DNA from: Eledone cirrhosa
Lineage: Eukaryota
NCBI GenBank assembly: GCA_964016885.1
Contig: OZ024759.1
Coordinates: 21,142,001-21,206,000 of the forward strand
DNA length: 64,000 nucleotides
Direction: 5' to 3'
Below the pieces are notes generated by a model that searched no databases, was not told where the DNA came from, and was given only the letters and a program-made list of their open reading frames with translations. Numbering within the stretch: position 1 is the first letter of the stretch; each line of letters opens with the position of its first letter. Below, one piece after another: positions 13,460 through 27,034 of the stretch. Made by a program: the position numbers and the translations under genes.

Positions 13460-14466
13460 CGGCGTTGCTGTTGGTGGTGGTGGTGGTGGCGGCGTTGCTG
13501 TGGTGGTGGTGGCAGCGATGGTGGTAGAGGTCGGGGTGACGGCGTTGTTGTGGTGGTGTTGGTGGCAGCGGTGGTGGTAGAGGTCGGGGCGGCGGCGTTG
13601 TTGTTGTGGCGGTGGTGGTAGAGGTCGGGGCGGCGGCGTTGTTGTTGTGGTGGTGGTGGTAGAGGTCGGGGCGGCGGCGTTGTTGTGGTGGTGGTGGTGG
13701 TAGAGGTCGGGGCGGCGGCGTTGTTGTGGTGGCGGCGGTGGTGGTAGAGGTCGGGGCGGCGGCGTTGTTGTGGTGGCGGCGGTGGTGGTAGAGGTCGGGG
13801 CGGCGGCGTTGTTGTGGTGGCGGTGGTGGTGGTGGTAGAGGTCGGGGCGGCGGCGTTGTTGTGGTGGTGTTGGTGGTGGCAGCGATGGTGGTAGAGGTCG
13901 GGGCGGCGGCGTTGTTGTGGTGGCGGTGGTGGTAGAGGTCGGGACGGTGGCGTTGCTGTTGGTGTTGGTAGAGATTGGGGTGTTGGTGGTGGTGGTGATG
14001 CTAGTGTCGGTGTGGTGGAGGTGATAGAGGCGATGTTGGCAAAGGTGTTGTTGTTGATGATGTTGTTCGTGGTGGTAGTAGTAGCAGCATTAGTATCAGT
14101 ACTAGCAATAGTAGTAACAGTTGTGGTTGTGGTGGTGGTAAATGTGGTGGACGTAGTAGTAGTAGTAGCTGTAGTAGTAGTAGCAGCAGCTGTAGTAGTA
14201 GTACTAGCAGCAGTAGTAACTGTTGTGGTTGTGATGGACGTAGTAGTAGTAGCTGTAGTAGTAGCAGCAGCAGTAGTAGTACTAGCAATAGTAGTAACAG
14301 TTGTGGTGGACGTAGTAGTAGTAGCTGTAGCCGCAGCAGTAGTAGTAGTAATGTAGTAGTAGTAGTAGTAGCAGCAGTAACAGTTGTGGTTGTGGTGGAC
14401 GTAGTAGCTGTAGCAGCAGTAGTAGTAGTAGCAGCAGTAGTAGTAACAGTTGTGGTTGTGGTAAAT

Positions 14467-14514
<48 letters not shown>

Positions 14515-15070
14515 ATAATAGTTGTGGTTGTTATAATGGTGGTGGTAGTAGTAGCTGTAGTAGTAGTAATAGTTGTGGTTGTGGTGGTGGTAATGGTGGT
14601 GGAAGTAGTAGTAGTGTTAGTAGTAGTAGTAGTAGTGGTAATGGTGGTGGAAGTAGTAGAAGTAGTAATAGCAGCAGTAGTAGTAGTGTTAGTAGTGGTG
14701 GTGGTAATGGTAGTAGTAGTGGTAGCAGTGTTAGTAGTAGTGGTGGTGCTAATGGTGGTGGAAGTAGTACAAGTAGTAATAGCAGTAGTAATAGTGTTAG
14801 TAGTGGTAATGGTCGTAGTAGTAGTAGTAGTAGTGGTGGTGGTAATGGTAGTAGTAGTGGTAGCAGTGTTAGTAGTAGTGGTGGTGCTAATGGTGGTGGA
14901 AGTAGTACAAGTAGTAATAGCAGTAGTGTTAGTAGTGGTAATGGTCGTAGTAGTAGTAGTAGTAGTAGTAGTGGCAGTAGTAGTAGTGGTGGTGGTAATG
15001 GTAGTAGTAGTAGTAGTGATAGTGGTAGCAGCAGCAGCAGCAGCAGCGGCGGCAGCAGTAGTAGCAGCAG
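13460..15070. repeat. G-rich ~40-bp minisatellite followed by (GTA/GTG)n trinucleotide repeats
   Basis: GGTAGAGGTCGGGGCGGCGGCGTTGTTG units; source of the poly-V and poly-T ORFs. Confidence 0.95.
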
Positions 15071-15229
15071 AAGAAGAACCTGGGGTGTTATATATAGAGC
15101 AAGATTGCATATATTATGAATATGATAGGTTTGAAGAGTTGACAGACTTACATTGAAACAAGAACCATCCTATCTTTAGATATTTATGAGACGATAAAAT
15201 CTATCTCTATCTCTGGCCTGTGTATATAT

Positions 15230-15472
15230 ATCTATCTATCTATCTATCTAAGGCGGGTAAAATTTCCGAGATCCATGGACGAGTTCTCTCCAGCGGTCTC
15301 TGTCCCTCATTATCGCTGCCATATCCTGCATCTCCAACAGACCAGTGTCTGTCCTTAGGGCATCAACATATGTTAACCTTGGTCTTCCTCTTCTAGTGTG
15401 TCCATATAGGGGCTCCCAAAGGAGCACTGAGTGCAATGTCAACTCTGGATGTCGGCGAGCATGTCCAGCCAA
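15230..15472 (-). mobile_element. LINE 3' fragment (RTEX-like) with (TAGA)n tail
   Basis: AGHARRHPELTLHSVLLWEPLYGHTRRGRPRLTYVD...RDRWR; near-identical to 58385-58690. Confidence 0.8.
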
Positions 15473-15484
15473 ATATATATATAT

Positions 15485-15768
15485 AGTCCAGAATTAGCCG
15501 TCGAAACGGCTTGAGCTCAGCCGTCGGGGTCCTACTCGTTCCTATATATATATATATATATATATAGGAACGAGTAGGACCCCGACGGCTGAGCTCAAGC
15601 CGTTTCGACGGCTAATTCTGGACTGAATTGTCCAGAATTAGCCGTCGAAACGGCTTGAGCTCAGCCGTCGGGTGTCCTACTCGTTCCTATTACCCACTCT
15701 ACTACCCTAAATATTGAGTACTTTGGTGTGTTATGGTCCATCTGGTTCCTTACCACATTTCCTTCGTT
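15485..15768 (+). mobile_element. Family A fold-back element (three ~57-bp arms plus tail)
   Basis: GTCCAGAATTAGCCGTCGAAACGGCTTGAGCTCAGCCGTCGGGGTCCTACTCGTTCC in +,-,+ order, then an ~80-bp tail. Relatives at 19168-19303, 21272-21328, 43431-43602, 48410-48603, 49330-49425 and 50686-50875. Confidence 0.75.
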
Positions 15769-16361
15769 ATATCTCTCTCTCTCTCTATATATATATATAT
15801 AATTGTTTCTACTATTGGCACAAGGCCAGCAATTACCCCAGCAATGTACTGGGATAATTGCTGGCCTTGTGCCAAAAAGTAGAAACAATTAATTTATTAT
15901 AAAATTTTACGACTTTACGAACAACTCTCTTTTCTGTTCGTCCTCGTAGACGCTGCTGTTGGTCCGTTACCAAATGAACGCTCTCTCTCTCATTCTATCG
16001 TTTTCTATTCAGTTTTCTCTGTTTCTTATGTTCGCAGTTTTTCAATCTCTACATTGCAACATCCCTTCCCACCCCTTCTACGTGGTTACCATTTAAGCAA
16101 TTTATTGTACATCGCAAATTATGTCATTTGCTTATAGAGCCAGTGTATATATGTGGACGTAGATTAGTATTTAGATATGCATGTCGGTGCAGGAGAAATA
16201 CACACGTACCATAGGTCATTGACACACACACACAGACACAGATACACACACACACACAGACACACACACACACACACACACACACAGATACACACACACA
16301 GATACACACACACACACACACACACAGACACACACAGATACACACACACACACACACACAG

Positions 16362-16404
16362 ACCGAGCTGAAGATCCGCTTAAGGTGAAACATTTGTTCT
16401 CGGT
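16362..16404 (+). ncRNA. Minimal type I hammerhead ribozyme motif
   Basis: ACCGAG-CTGAAGA-TCC gcttaa GGT-GAAAC attt GT-T-CTCGGT: perfect 6-bp helix I, intact core, GUU triplet; lies in an ~75-bp island between (CA)n tracts. Confidence 0.85.
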
Positions 16405-16432
16405 ATGGTGAACTAACTGTTGTGGAACTACT

Positions 16433-16509
<77 letters not shown>

Positions 16510-16519
16510 GCGCACACAT

Positions 16520-16702
16520 ATAAAAAGTTTCATAGACTGACCAAGATACTCTCATGGAATGACCAAATGAGGTTTATTTTCCAACATATTCCTTGGCAAG
16601 AATCAATGTAGTTATTAAGAGTTGAAATTAATGCATGCAAAATTTCACAGTTCTAGCATCACTCCTACATAGACAGCCTATGAACCTTTCAGCCTACCCT
16701 CA
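16520..16702. mobile_element. mariner-type MITE remnant
   Basis: Ends TTTCAGCCTACCCTCA; homologous copy at ~36293-36482. Confidence 0.55.
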
Positions 16703-16727
16703 TGTGTGTGTGTTTATATATATCTAA

Positions 16728-16765
<38 letters not shown>

Positions 16766-16766
<1 letters not shown>

Positions 16767-17254
16767 GTCCTTTCTTTTAGTCCCACTTAAATTTTTAGTC
16801 CCACTTAAAAAGGCCTCAAAGCACAGGCATTGCTTGCTCAGGATCTGTTACAGGTTCGTGTGGATCAAGAAAATAAGTTTTTTTTATGTGCATAATATGC
16901 CTTGAAATTTCGGGGAAATCGACTAGACGTAACGCCTCCAAAAGGCCCTAAAAAGCCCTAGAAAGTTTTTGATCTAATGCGGCCCCTAGGCCATGAAAAA
17001 GTTGGATTTTCTTTGCTCACGTTATGAAGAAGAGGCTGACTAATACATAGTTACAATTTCAAGGAAATCGGTCTGACGTAACGCCTAAAAAAAAACCTAA
17101 AAAGCTTAAAAGTGCAGTTTTTCACCTAATGCGGGCTCTAGGAGATCAAAAAGTTGAATTTTTTTATGTGCATAACACTCCCTGAAACATAATTTATACA
17201 CATGTAAAGTTTGCAAAAAATCGGTTGGGTACTTCTCGAGTTTTAGGGATTCAA

Positions 17255-17291
<37 letters not shown>

Positions 17292-17598
17292 TCCTCAGGG
17301 AAGTGACGTAATGCAGACAGCCAGACATACAGACAGATATTATAAGGGCGCGACGTTATATGTATGTATCTATCTAAAAAGAGAAAGACTAAGAATTATA
17401 GAGAGAGATCGCTAAATCGCCTAATGCGGTCCCTAGGGCATTGAAAATTTGAATTTTTCCTTGCTCAGAACACTCCCTGAAACATAAGTATTACATGTGT
17501 AAAGTTTGAAAACAGTCGGTTGGGTGGTTCTCGAGTTTTAGGGATTCAAACTCACACAAACACACACAGACAGACATCCTCAGTTTTATATATATAGA
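16766..17598 (-). mobile_element. Helitron-like element with internal repeats
   Basis: Minus-strand start TCTATATATATAAAAC, GTCT/GT microsatellite, recurring CTAATGCGG.CCCTAGG and AAATCGGT blocks; no clear 3' terminus. Confidence 0.5.
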
Positions 17599-17599
17599 T

Positions 17600-17631
<32 letters not shown>

Positions 17632-18999
17632 GAGAGGGGGGGGGGCATAATTATCTCCATATTTATGTATCTACTCATCCACCACCGCCGCTGCATGTGT
17701 TTTACATCAAAACAAAAATATCAAATTAAATGATTAGCGTGATTAATGTTAAGTTATATTAGATTAGAGTAATTAGTTAAATTGTATTAATTATATTAGT
17801 GTAATGAATTTTGTTTTACATATTCATACTCTTATACATACATATATATAAATACATACATATATATACACACCCACATGTATATGTATATATATATACA
17901 CACCTGTATATGAATATATATATATTATACTTACGTATGTATGTGTTAATGATTAGATTCTGTTTAAAAACGATATTAAATAAAATTAGGCAGAAAGATA
18001 TGAGACTTTGTAGCATATATGTTGAAGTATATACACGCATATACATGTACATGTATATACATGTATATACATGTATATACATGTATATACATGTATATAC
18101 ATGTATATGCATGTATATACATGCATATGCATGTATATACATACATGTACATGTATATACATGTATATACACGCATATACATGTACATGCATATACATGT
18201 ATATACATGCATTTACATGTATATACATACATGTATATACATACATGTACATGCATATACATGTATATACATGTACATGCATATAGATGTATATACATGC
18301 ATATGCATATATATACTTGTATATATATATATACATGTATATACATGCATATACATGTATATACTTGTATATAAGTGTATATATATACTTGTATACATAC
18401 GTATACATGTATATACATGCGTATACATGTATATACATGTATATACATGTATATAAGTGTATATATATATACATGTATATACATGTATATAAGTGTATAT
18501 ATATATATATATATATATACACTTATATGCATGTATATACATACACACATATGTGTGTATGTATATATATATATATACTCATATGATGCATGTATATACA
18601 TCATATGAGTATATATATATATATATATATACATATATTTATGTGTGTATGTATCTATATACGTTTATATACGTGTTTTAACGGACGTGAGAATGTCTGT
18701 GTGTATATATATATATATATTCATTCAAGACCCCCCCTCCTACATCCACAGGCACAAATCGAGTTGTTAAAACGTCTGACAGAAAAATGATCTCTGAGTT
18801 CAAAATCCTGTCAAGGGTTGAATGGGACCCCACCAGCCAAGTTTAAATGACCTCGATGTTGGGACCCATAGCTCGATATATATATCGATCTATGTGTCCC
18901 GTGCATATATACACACACTATATATATATATATATTTATATATATACACGCACGCACACACACACACATATATATATATATATACACACATATATATAT

Positions 19000-19041
<42 letters not shown>

Positions 19042-19049
19042 ATATGTAT

Positions 19050-19096
<47 letters not shown>

Positions 19097-19167
19097 TACA
19101 TATATACACATATATCGATCTATGAGTACCGTGCATATACACAACACATACACTATATATATATATA

Positions 19168-19301
19168 GGAACGAGTAGGACCCCGACGGCTTGAGCTCAG
19201 CCGTCGGGGTCCTACTCGTTCCTATTACCCACTCTACTACCCTAAGTATTGAGTACTTTGGTGCGTTATGGTCCACCTTGTTCCTTACCACATTTCCTTC
19301 G

Positions 19302-19303
<2 letters not shown>
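19168..19303 (+). mobile_element. Family A fold-back element
   Basis: Short hairpin turning at the GAGCTC palindrome plus the same tail as 15690-15768; (TA)n on both sides. Confidence 0.75.
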
Positions 19304-19359
<56 letters not shown>

Positions 19360-19361
<2 letters not shown>

Positions 19362-19637
19362 TTATTAAAATAACAGATTAAAGTTTAAGCAAAGAATCGC
19401 TGCTTTCACCCTTAACGGGATCTTCTGAAACTAACAGATTGACTTATATCCACTTCTGCGTTTACAGATTGACTTTGTTAGTTTCAGAAGATCCCGTTAA
19501 GGGTGAAAGCACCGATTCTTTGCTTAAACTTTAATCTGTTATTTTAATAAATGTTTGCTCTACGGTTCTTATATATTTGATATATATTTATCCTTATCGA
19601 GCCCTCTTTGGATTTTAGTCTTCAAATTTATTATTAT

Positions 19638-19641
<4 letters not shown>
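19360..19641 (+). mobile_element. Family D fold-back element
   Basis: ~77-bp inverted arms (19360-19436, 19476-19552), HHR and tail; relatives at ~39800-40150 and ~42300-42445. Confidence 0.7.
19480..19530 (+). ncRNA. Hammerhead motif with U4-to-A core change (mirror copy in left arm)
   Basis: AGTTT-CAGAAGA-TCCC gttaa GGGT-GAAAGCA ccgattctt TGCT-T-AAACT; all three helices pair. Confidence 0.65.
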
Positions 19642-19692
<51 letters not shown>

Positions 19693-19969
19693 CAGAGAGA
19701 GATAGATAGACGAATTTGGTCAATTTTGTTGTAGTAATTAGTTTAGTTCTTTGCTCTGTAAAATGGCCAGAAAACCTCGATAAACATTACATCCACGTAA
19801 ATTGTAACGTATGTACAAATAGATGTGTGTTTTGGTAGTTTGGACAGAAAAAAGTTATATAGAAGTTATATAGAAGTTATATCGATTTCAGCATTCAACA
19901 GGCACCAATTATATCGATCTTGGCGGGATTTGAACTTCGAAATATCAATTGCATTATATTATTTAAATA

Positions 19970-20545
19970 TAGTGGATTGGCATTATCGGTGGAGCGTCGG
20001 ATAGCATTGTTTGTGACAACATACTAAGTTCGAATCCTGCCGAAGTTAACTTTGCCTTTCATCCAGGGTCGATAAAATAAAGTACCAGTAATGTACTAGG
20101 GTAATTGTACCAAAAGTAGAAACAATTATTTAATGCCTTGGTACAGTGGATTGGCATTATCGGTAGAGCATCGGACAACATGGTTTGTGGCATATATTTA
20201 TGGACCTTTACGTTCTGAGTTCAAATCCTACCGAAGTTAGCTTCGCCTTTCATTCTTACGGGGTCAAAAGTACCAGTAACGCATTGGGATCTATTTAATC
20301 GACTTTCCCCTTCCTCAAAATTTCTGGCTTTGTGCCTAAATCAGAAACCGGTAGAGGGTCAGACAACATGCTTTGTGGCATAGAATTACGCCCCATTACG
20401 ATCTGAGTTCAAATCCTACCGAGGTTAGCTTTGCTTTACATCCTTACGGGGTCAATAAAAGTACCAGTAATGCACTGGAGTCAATTTAGTCGATTCTCCC
20501 CTCCCTCAACAGTTATGGCATTGTGTCTAAATCAAACACCAATAT
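19970..20545 (+). mobile_element. Tandem cluster of three tRNA-SINE copies (second family)
   Basis: Repeated GAGTTCAAATCC...CTTTCATCC...GGGTCGATAAAATAAAGTACCAGT. Other copies at ~240-400, 3050-3210, 9520-9675, 33600-33745, 46480-46660, 47535-47690, 53370-53545 and 62390-62960. Confidence 0.8.
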
Positions 20546-21326
20546 ATTATTCAATGCCTTACTATAGTTGTTGTTGGACCTCCGTCAGTTGCGACGGCGT
20601 ATGTTATTTTGTTCGATTAACAGAAAAAGCCAGCTAGTGAAATTGAATTGCAAGTGGCTGAGCAGTCCACAGGCACGTGTACTCTTAACGTAGTTCTCAG
20701 GGAGATTCAGCGCAACAGTGCATGACAACGCTGGTCCTTTGTATTACAGGTTACTATGTGAAATTATATTACAGGTGGGTGATCACTCCACAGACACGTG
20801 TACTCATAACGTAGTTCTAAGGGAGATTCAGTGGGTGATAAGGCTGGTTCTTTGAATTACAAGTTACAACGTGAAATAAAAGTGTTTTGCTGAAGAACCC
20901 AACGCGCCACTGGAAGGGAAACTCACGGTCTTAAAATAGCCCCTTCCTGTGTTAATATACCAATCAATACATATTGAACACTATGTTTACAAATCCATAT
21001 TTAGACTCAAATCTAAATAAACCACAGTAAACCTACTGATTTAATTCTATCATTAAAATATTTTGTTTTAAATATATTTAATTCCAAAGATTCATGGAAC
21101 CTCATTAGAATATTTCCATTTTTGTCTAGACTGCACATTTTCACCTTACACCGGCTACCAAAGTTGTTTCTACACCGGAAGTAATTAGTCAACTCGTATC
21201 TGTGTCCGACGTACATTTGGTAAGGTAGGTGATAGTTTTGTTTTTGTGTGTATGTATGTATATATATATATCCAGAAATAGCTGCCGAAACAGCTTGAGC
21301 TCTGCCGTCGGGGTCAAACATTTTCC

Positions 21327-21362
<36 letters not shown>

Positions 21363-21368
21363 TATATA

Positions 21369-21401
<33 letters not shown>

Positions 21402-21784
21402 TCTGTGTATGTTATTTATTGAATTGTTGTTTTATTATAATATAAAAATCTTTCGTTTTATGACCATAAACAACTACCAGGTAATTTCTGTGAGTTAAAA
21501 TGACAATTAAAATTCACACAATAACAAACGAATAAACAAACAAAAATAAGAGATTATCGACTCCCATCTCTGCAAAATATAAATTATTAGCAAAGTCAGG
21601 GGTAAAGAAGTTCAGGGTTGGGTTGGAAGACACTACCACAATACAAGAACAATTACCATTCTGCGGTTTCTTTAATAATCGCTGTTTCTAAAGTAATTCT
21701 GTTTTTCAGTAAATATTTTATCACCCTCCAATCCTTCATCCTTTCTGTTAGCGAAACCCCTTCAAGTATATATCCAGGTATTTA

Positions 21785-22153
21785 CAGGGTGAGTCAAGAT
21801 TATGTTAACACTAGTATGGGAGAAATCATTTATCCAGAATTTACTGAACAGTCTCAACCTGGTCGCCAGCATGATCAATACACAAAAACCAGCGATCAGC
21901 CGTACAGTTTAATGCTTTGACACACGTTTCGCGGAGAATACTTGATATGACACCTTGTATTCTGTCCTTGATTTCAACGAGGTCTCTAACTGTTTTGCTA
22001 TGTACGCGTTCCTTAACCATGCCCCATAACCAGAAGTCATAGGGTGTCAGATTAGAGGAGTGTACTGGCCATGCCAACGGTCCACCGCGACCTATCCAAC
22101 GATTTGGAAATGTTTCATCGAGAAAAGTGTTAACATAATTTTGACTCACCCTG
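21785..22153 (-). mobile_element. Short Tc1/mariner-superfamily derivative
   Basis: ~28-bp inverted termini CAGGGTGAGTCAA...TGTTAACACT, TA flanks, transposase C-terminal remnant [30 protein letters not shown]. Confidence 0.85.
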
Positions 22154-22474
22154 TATATATATATATATATATATGTATATGTATGTATATATATGTATGT
22201 GTATATATATATATATATATGTATGTATATATATATGTATGTGTATATATATATATATATGTATGTATATATATATGTATGTATATATATACATGTGTAT
22301 GTATGTATGTATATATGTGTATGTATGTATATATGTGTATGTATGTACATTTGTATGTATATATATGTATGTATATGTATATGTATGTATATATATATAT
22401 GTGTGTATGTATATATATATGTGTGTATATATATATATATATGTGTGTATATATATATATATATGTGTGTATAT

Positions 22475-22514
<40 letters not shown>

Positions 22515-22661
22515 GTGTGTATGTATATATATATGTATATATATATATGTATGTATATATATATGTATGTATATATATATGTATGTATATATATATGTAT
22601 GTATATATGTATGTATGTATATATATATGTATGTATATATATATGTATGTATATATATATG

Positions 22662-22693
<32 letters not shown>

Positions 22694-23255
22694 TGTATGT
22701 ATATATATATGTATGTATATATGTATGTATGTATATATGTATGTATATATGTATGTATATATATATGTATGTATATATATGTGTATGTATATATATGTAT
22801 GTATATATGTATGTATATATATATGTATGTATATATATGTGTATGTATGTATATATATGTGTATGTATGTATATATATGTGTGTATATATATGTGTATGT
22901 ATGTATGTATATATATATGTATATATATGTGTGTATATATATGTGTATGTATGTATGTATATATATATGTATGTATATGGATATATATATATATGTATGT
23001 ATATGGATATATATATATATGTATGTATATGGATATATATATATATATATGTATGTATATGGATATATATATATATGTATGTATATGTATATATATATAT
23101 ATATATCTATATATATATGTATGTATGTATAATATATATATATGTATATATATGTATGTATGTATAATATATATATATGTATATATATGTATGTATAACA
23201 TATATATATGTATATATATGTATGTATAATATATATATATATATATGTATGTATA

Positions 23256-23293
<38 letters not shown>

Positions 23294-23552
23294 GTATATG
23301 TATGTATGTATATATATGTATGTATGTATATATGTATGTATGTATATATGTATGTATGTATATATATATATGTATGTATGTATATATGTATGTATGTATA
23401 TATATATATGTATGTATGTATATATGTATGTATGTATATGTATGTATGTATATATGTATGTATGTATATATATATATATGTATGTATGTATGTATGTATA
23501 TGTATGTATGTATATATATATATGTATGTATGTATATATATATGTATGTATG

Positions 23553-23585
<33 letters not shown>

Positions 23586-23764
23586 GTATATATATGTATG
23601 TATGTATGTATATATATGTATGTATGTATATATATATGTATGTATGTATATGTATGTATGTATGTATATATATATGTATGTATGTATATGTATGTATGTA
23701 TATATATATGTATGTATATGTATGTATGTATATATATATATGTATATATGTATATGTATGTATG

Positions 23765-23796
<32 letters not shown>

Positions 23797-24156
23797 TATA
23801 TATATATGTATGTATGTATATATATATATGTATGTATGTATATATATATATGTATGTATGTATATATATATATGTATGTATGTATATATATATATGTATG
23901 TATGTATATATATATATGTATGTATGTATATATATATATGTATGTATGTATATATATATATGTATGTATGTATGTATGTATATATATATATATGTATGTA
24001 TGTATGTATATATATATATGTATGTATGTATGTATGTATATATATATATATGTATGTATATATATATGTATGTATGTATATATATATATATGTATGTATG
24101 TATATATATATATATGTATGTATGTATATATATATATATATGTATGTATGTATATG

Positions 24157-24188
<32 letters not shown>

Positions 24189-24282
24189 TATATATGTATG
24201 TATGTATATATATATGTATGTGGATATATATGTATGTATGTGTATATATATATATGTATGTGGATATATATGTATGTATGTG

Positions 24283-24313
<31 letters not shown>

Positions 24314-24918
24314 GTGTATATATATGTATGTATATATATATATGTGTATATATATGTATGTATATATATATATGTGTATATATATGTATGTATATATATA
24401 TGTGTATATATATGTATGTGTATATATATGTATGTATATATATATGTGTATATATATGTATGTATATATATATATATATGTGTATATATATGTATGTATA
24501 TATATATATATGTGTATATATATGTATGTATATATATATATATGTGTGTATATATATATATATGTGTATATATATGTATGTATATATATATATGTGTGTA
24601 TATATATGTGTGTATATATATGTATGTATATATATATATGTGTATATATATGTATGTATATATATATATGTGTATATATATGTATGTATATATATATATG
24701 TGTATATATATGTATGTATATATATATATGTGTATATATATGTATGTATATATATATATGTGTATATATATGTATGTATATATATATATGTGTATATATA
24801 TGTATGTATATATATATATGTGTATATATATGTATGTATGTGTATATATATATGTGTATGTATGTGTATATATATATATATGTATGTATGTGTATATATG
24901 TATGTATGTATATATATA

Positions 24919-25522
24919 GGTCACCAGTTGGTGCTATTGGTAACATGTATCCCAGTACAACCTGTCTCATGGTCGGATCGTTGGCGACTAAACTGGCAAC
25001 CCCACCAAGGTTTCTTGGTGAGGAGGGTGGCTTTGGACGTCCTGCAGGACTAAAAACAAAACCTGTCAAAAGGCAAAGGAGCTCTTAAGAGTCAATAGCC
25101 ATCCAAAATCACCGGGAGAGATGACCCCTTAGCCTTTGTCAAGGCAGAATTCTAGGAGAAGGAAAACTCTGATATAACACCTGCAACTCTGATGGTATCC
25201 AATGATGTTGACTTGTTCTTCTTTTTGGTAAATATCATCTTGGTTAAGAGAGTGGGACTGGCTTTGTGCAGTGCCTTGGCTCACTACAAACGCTTCACGG
25301 CACAGGCATTGCTTTATATCTGGAGATCTCTCTGCACTTATCGTCACATGGTACCATGGGCCCAGCACTATGTATCAATAATTGTCACAAGTGTAGTGTT
25401 TGGACCAGAGTTTTCAAGTCGCTGGCTCGACTAAAAGGTCACACTTGTTCAGCGCATCGGTAGGGGTTCTCCTACATGGATATAAAATAGTGGCCGTACT
25501 CGAAAACGAGTTGGCAGCCACC
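24919..25522 (+). mobile_element. Non-autonomous bipartite RTE-clade element (5' UTR joined to 3' end)
   Basis: RTE-type 5' motif CTAGGAGAAGGAAAACTCTGAT, decayed C2H2 tail, 3' end TGGCCGTACTCGAAAACGAG..GCAGCCA before (TA)n; homologue at 57812-58333. Confidence 0.65.
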
Positions 25523-25677
25523 ATATATATATCTATGTATATATATATATGTGTATATATGTATGTATATGTATGTATATATATGTATATATATGTATGT
25601 ATATATATATGTATATATGTATGTATGTATATATATGTATGTATGTATATATATGTATGTATGTATGTATATATATG

Positions 25678-25716
<39 letters not shown>

Positions 25717-25717
25717 G

Positions 25718-25805
<88 letters not shown>

Positions 25806-26242
25806 TATATATATGTATATATGTATATATATATGTATATATGTATGTATATATATATGTATATATGTATGTATATATATATGTATATATGTATATATAT
25901 ATATATGTATATATGTATGTATGTATGTATATATATATATATGTATATATGTATGTATGTATATATATATATGTATATATGTATGTATGTATGTATGTAT
26001 ATATATATGTACATATGTATATATATATATGTATATATATGTAGGTATGTATGTATATATGTATATATATATGTATGTATATATATATATATACATACGC
26101 AGCGCTGTTAGTTGCTATCGTGTGTGTGTGTATATAGATATATTTATGTGTGCGTGTATGTGTATATATATATGTATATGTATATCATTGTTGTTGTCGT
26201 TATTATTATTGTTGTTATTATATATATGGGTGTGTATATGTA

Positions 26243-26276
<34 letters not shown>

Positions 26277-26443
26277 CATTTCCTTTTTATTTTATTTTTT
26301 ATTTATTTATTAATTTTTTGTTCTCCTCGTGCAATGGCCATACTCGATAACGAGGGGGTAGCCATCATATATATGTATGTATATACATATATATATGTAT
26401 GTATATATATATATATATGTATGTATGTATATATATATGTATG

Positions 26444-26479
<36 letters not shown>

Positions 26480-26719
26480 TGTATGTATATATATATATAT
26501 ATGTATACATGTATATATGATTGTATGTATATATATATATATATGTATACATGTATATATGATTGTATGTATATATATGTATATATATGTATGTATGTAT
26601 ATATGTATGTATGTATATATGTATATATATGTATGTATGTATATATGTATGTATGTATATATATATATATATATGTATGTATATACATACATATATATAT
26701 ATACATACATATATATATG

Positions 26720-26754
<35 letters not shown>

Positions 26755-26755
26755 G

Positions 26756-26822
<67 letters not shown>

Positions 26823-26991
26823 GTCTATATATATATATGTCTATATATATATGTATGTCTATATATATATGTATGTCTCTATATATATATGTATGTCTAT
26901 ATATATATATGTATGTCTATATATATATATATGTATGTCTATATATGTATGTATATATATATATATGTATGTATATATATATATGTATGTA

Positions 26992-27027
<36 letters not shown>

Positions 27028-27034
27028 TGTATAT

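Noticed and set aside
14001-15156. Mucin-like poly-T or poly-V ORFs (also 3532-5067 and 37042-37461)
   Set aside because: Trinucleotide repeats with no domain or splice support.
24919-25010. HDV-like ribozyme at the RTE 5' end
   Set aside because: Expected for some RTEs, but I could not assign the double pseudoknot by eye.
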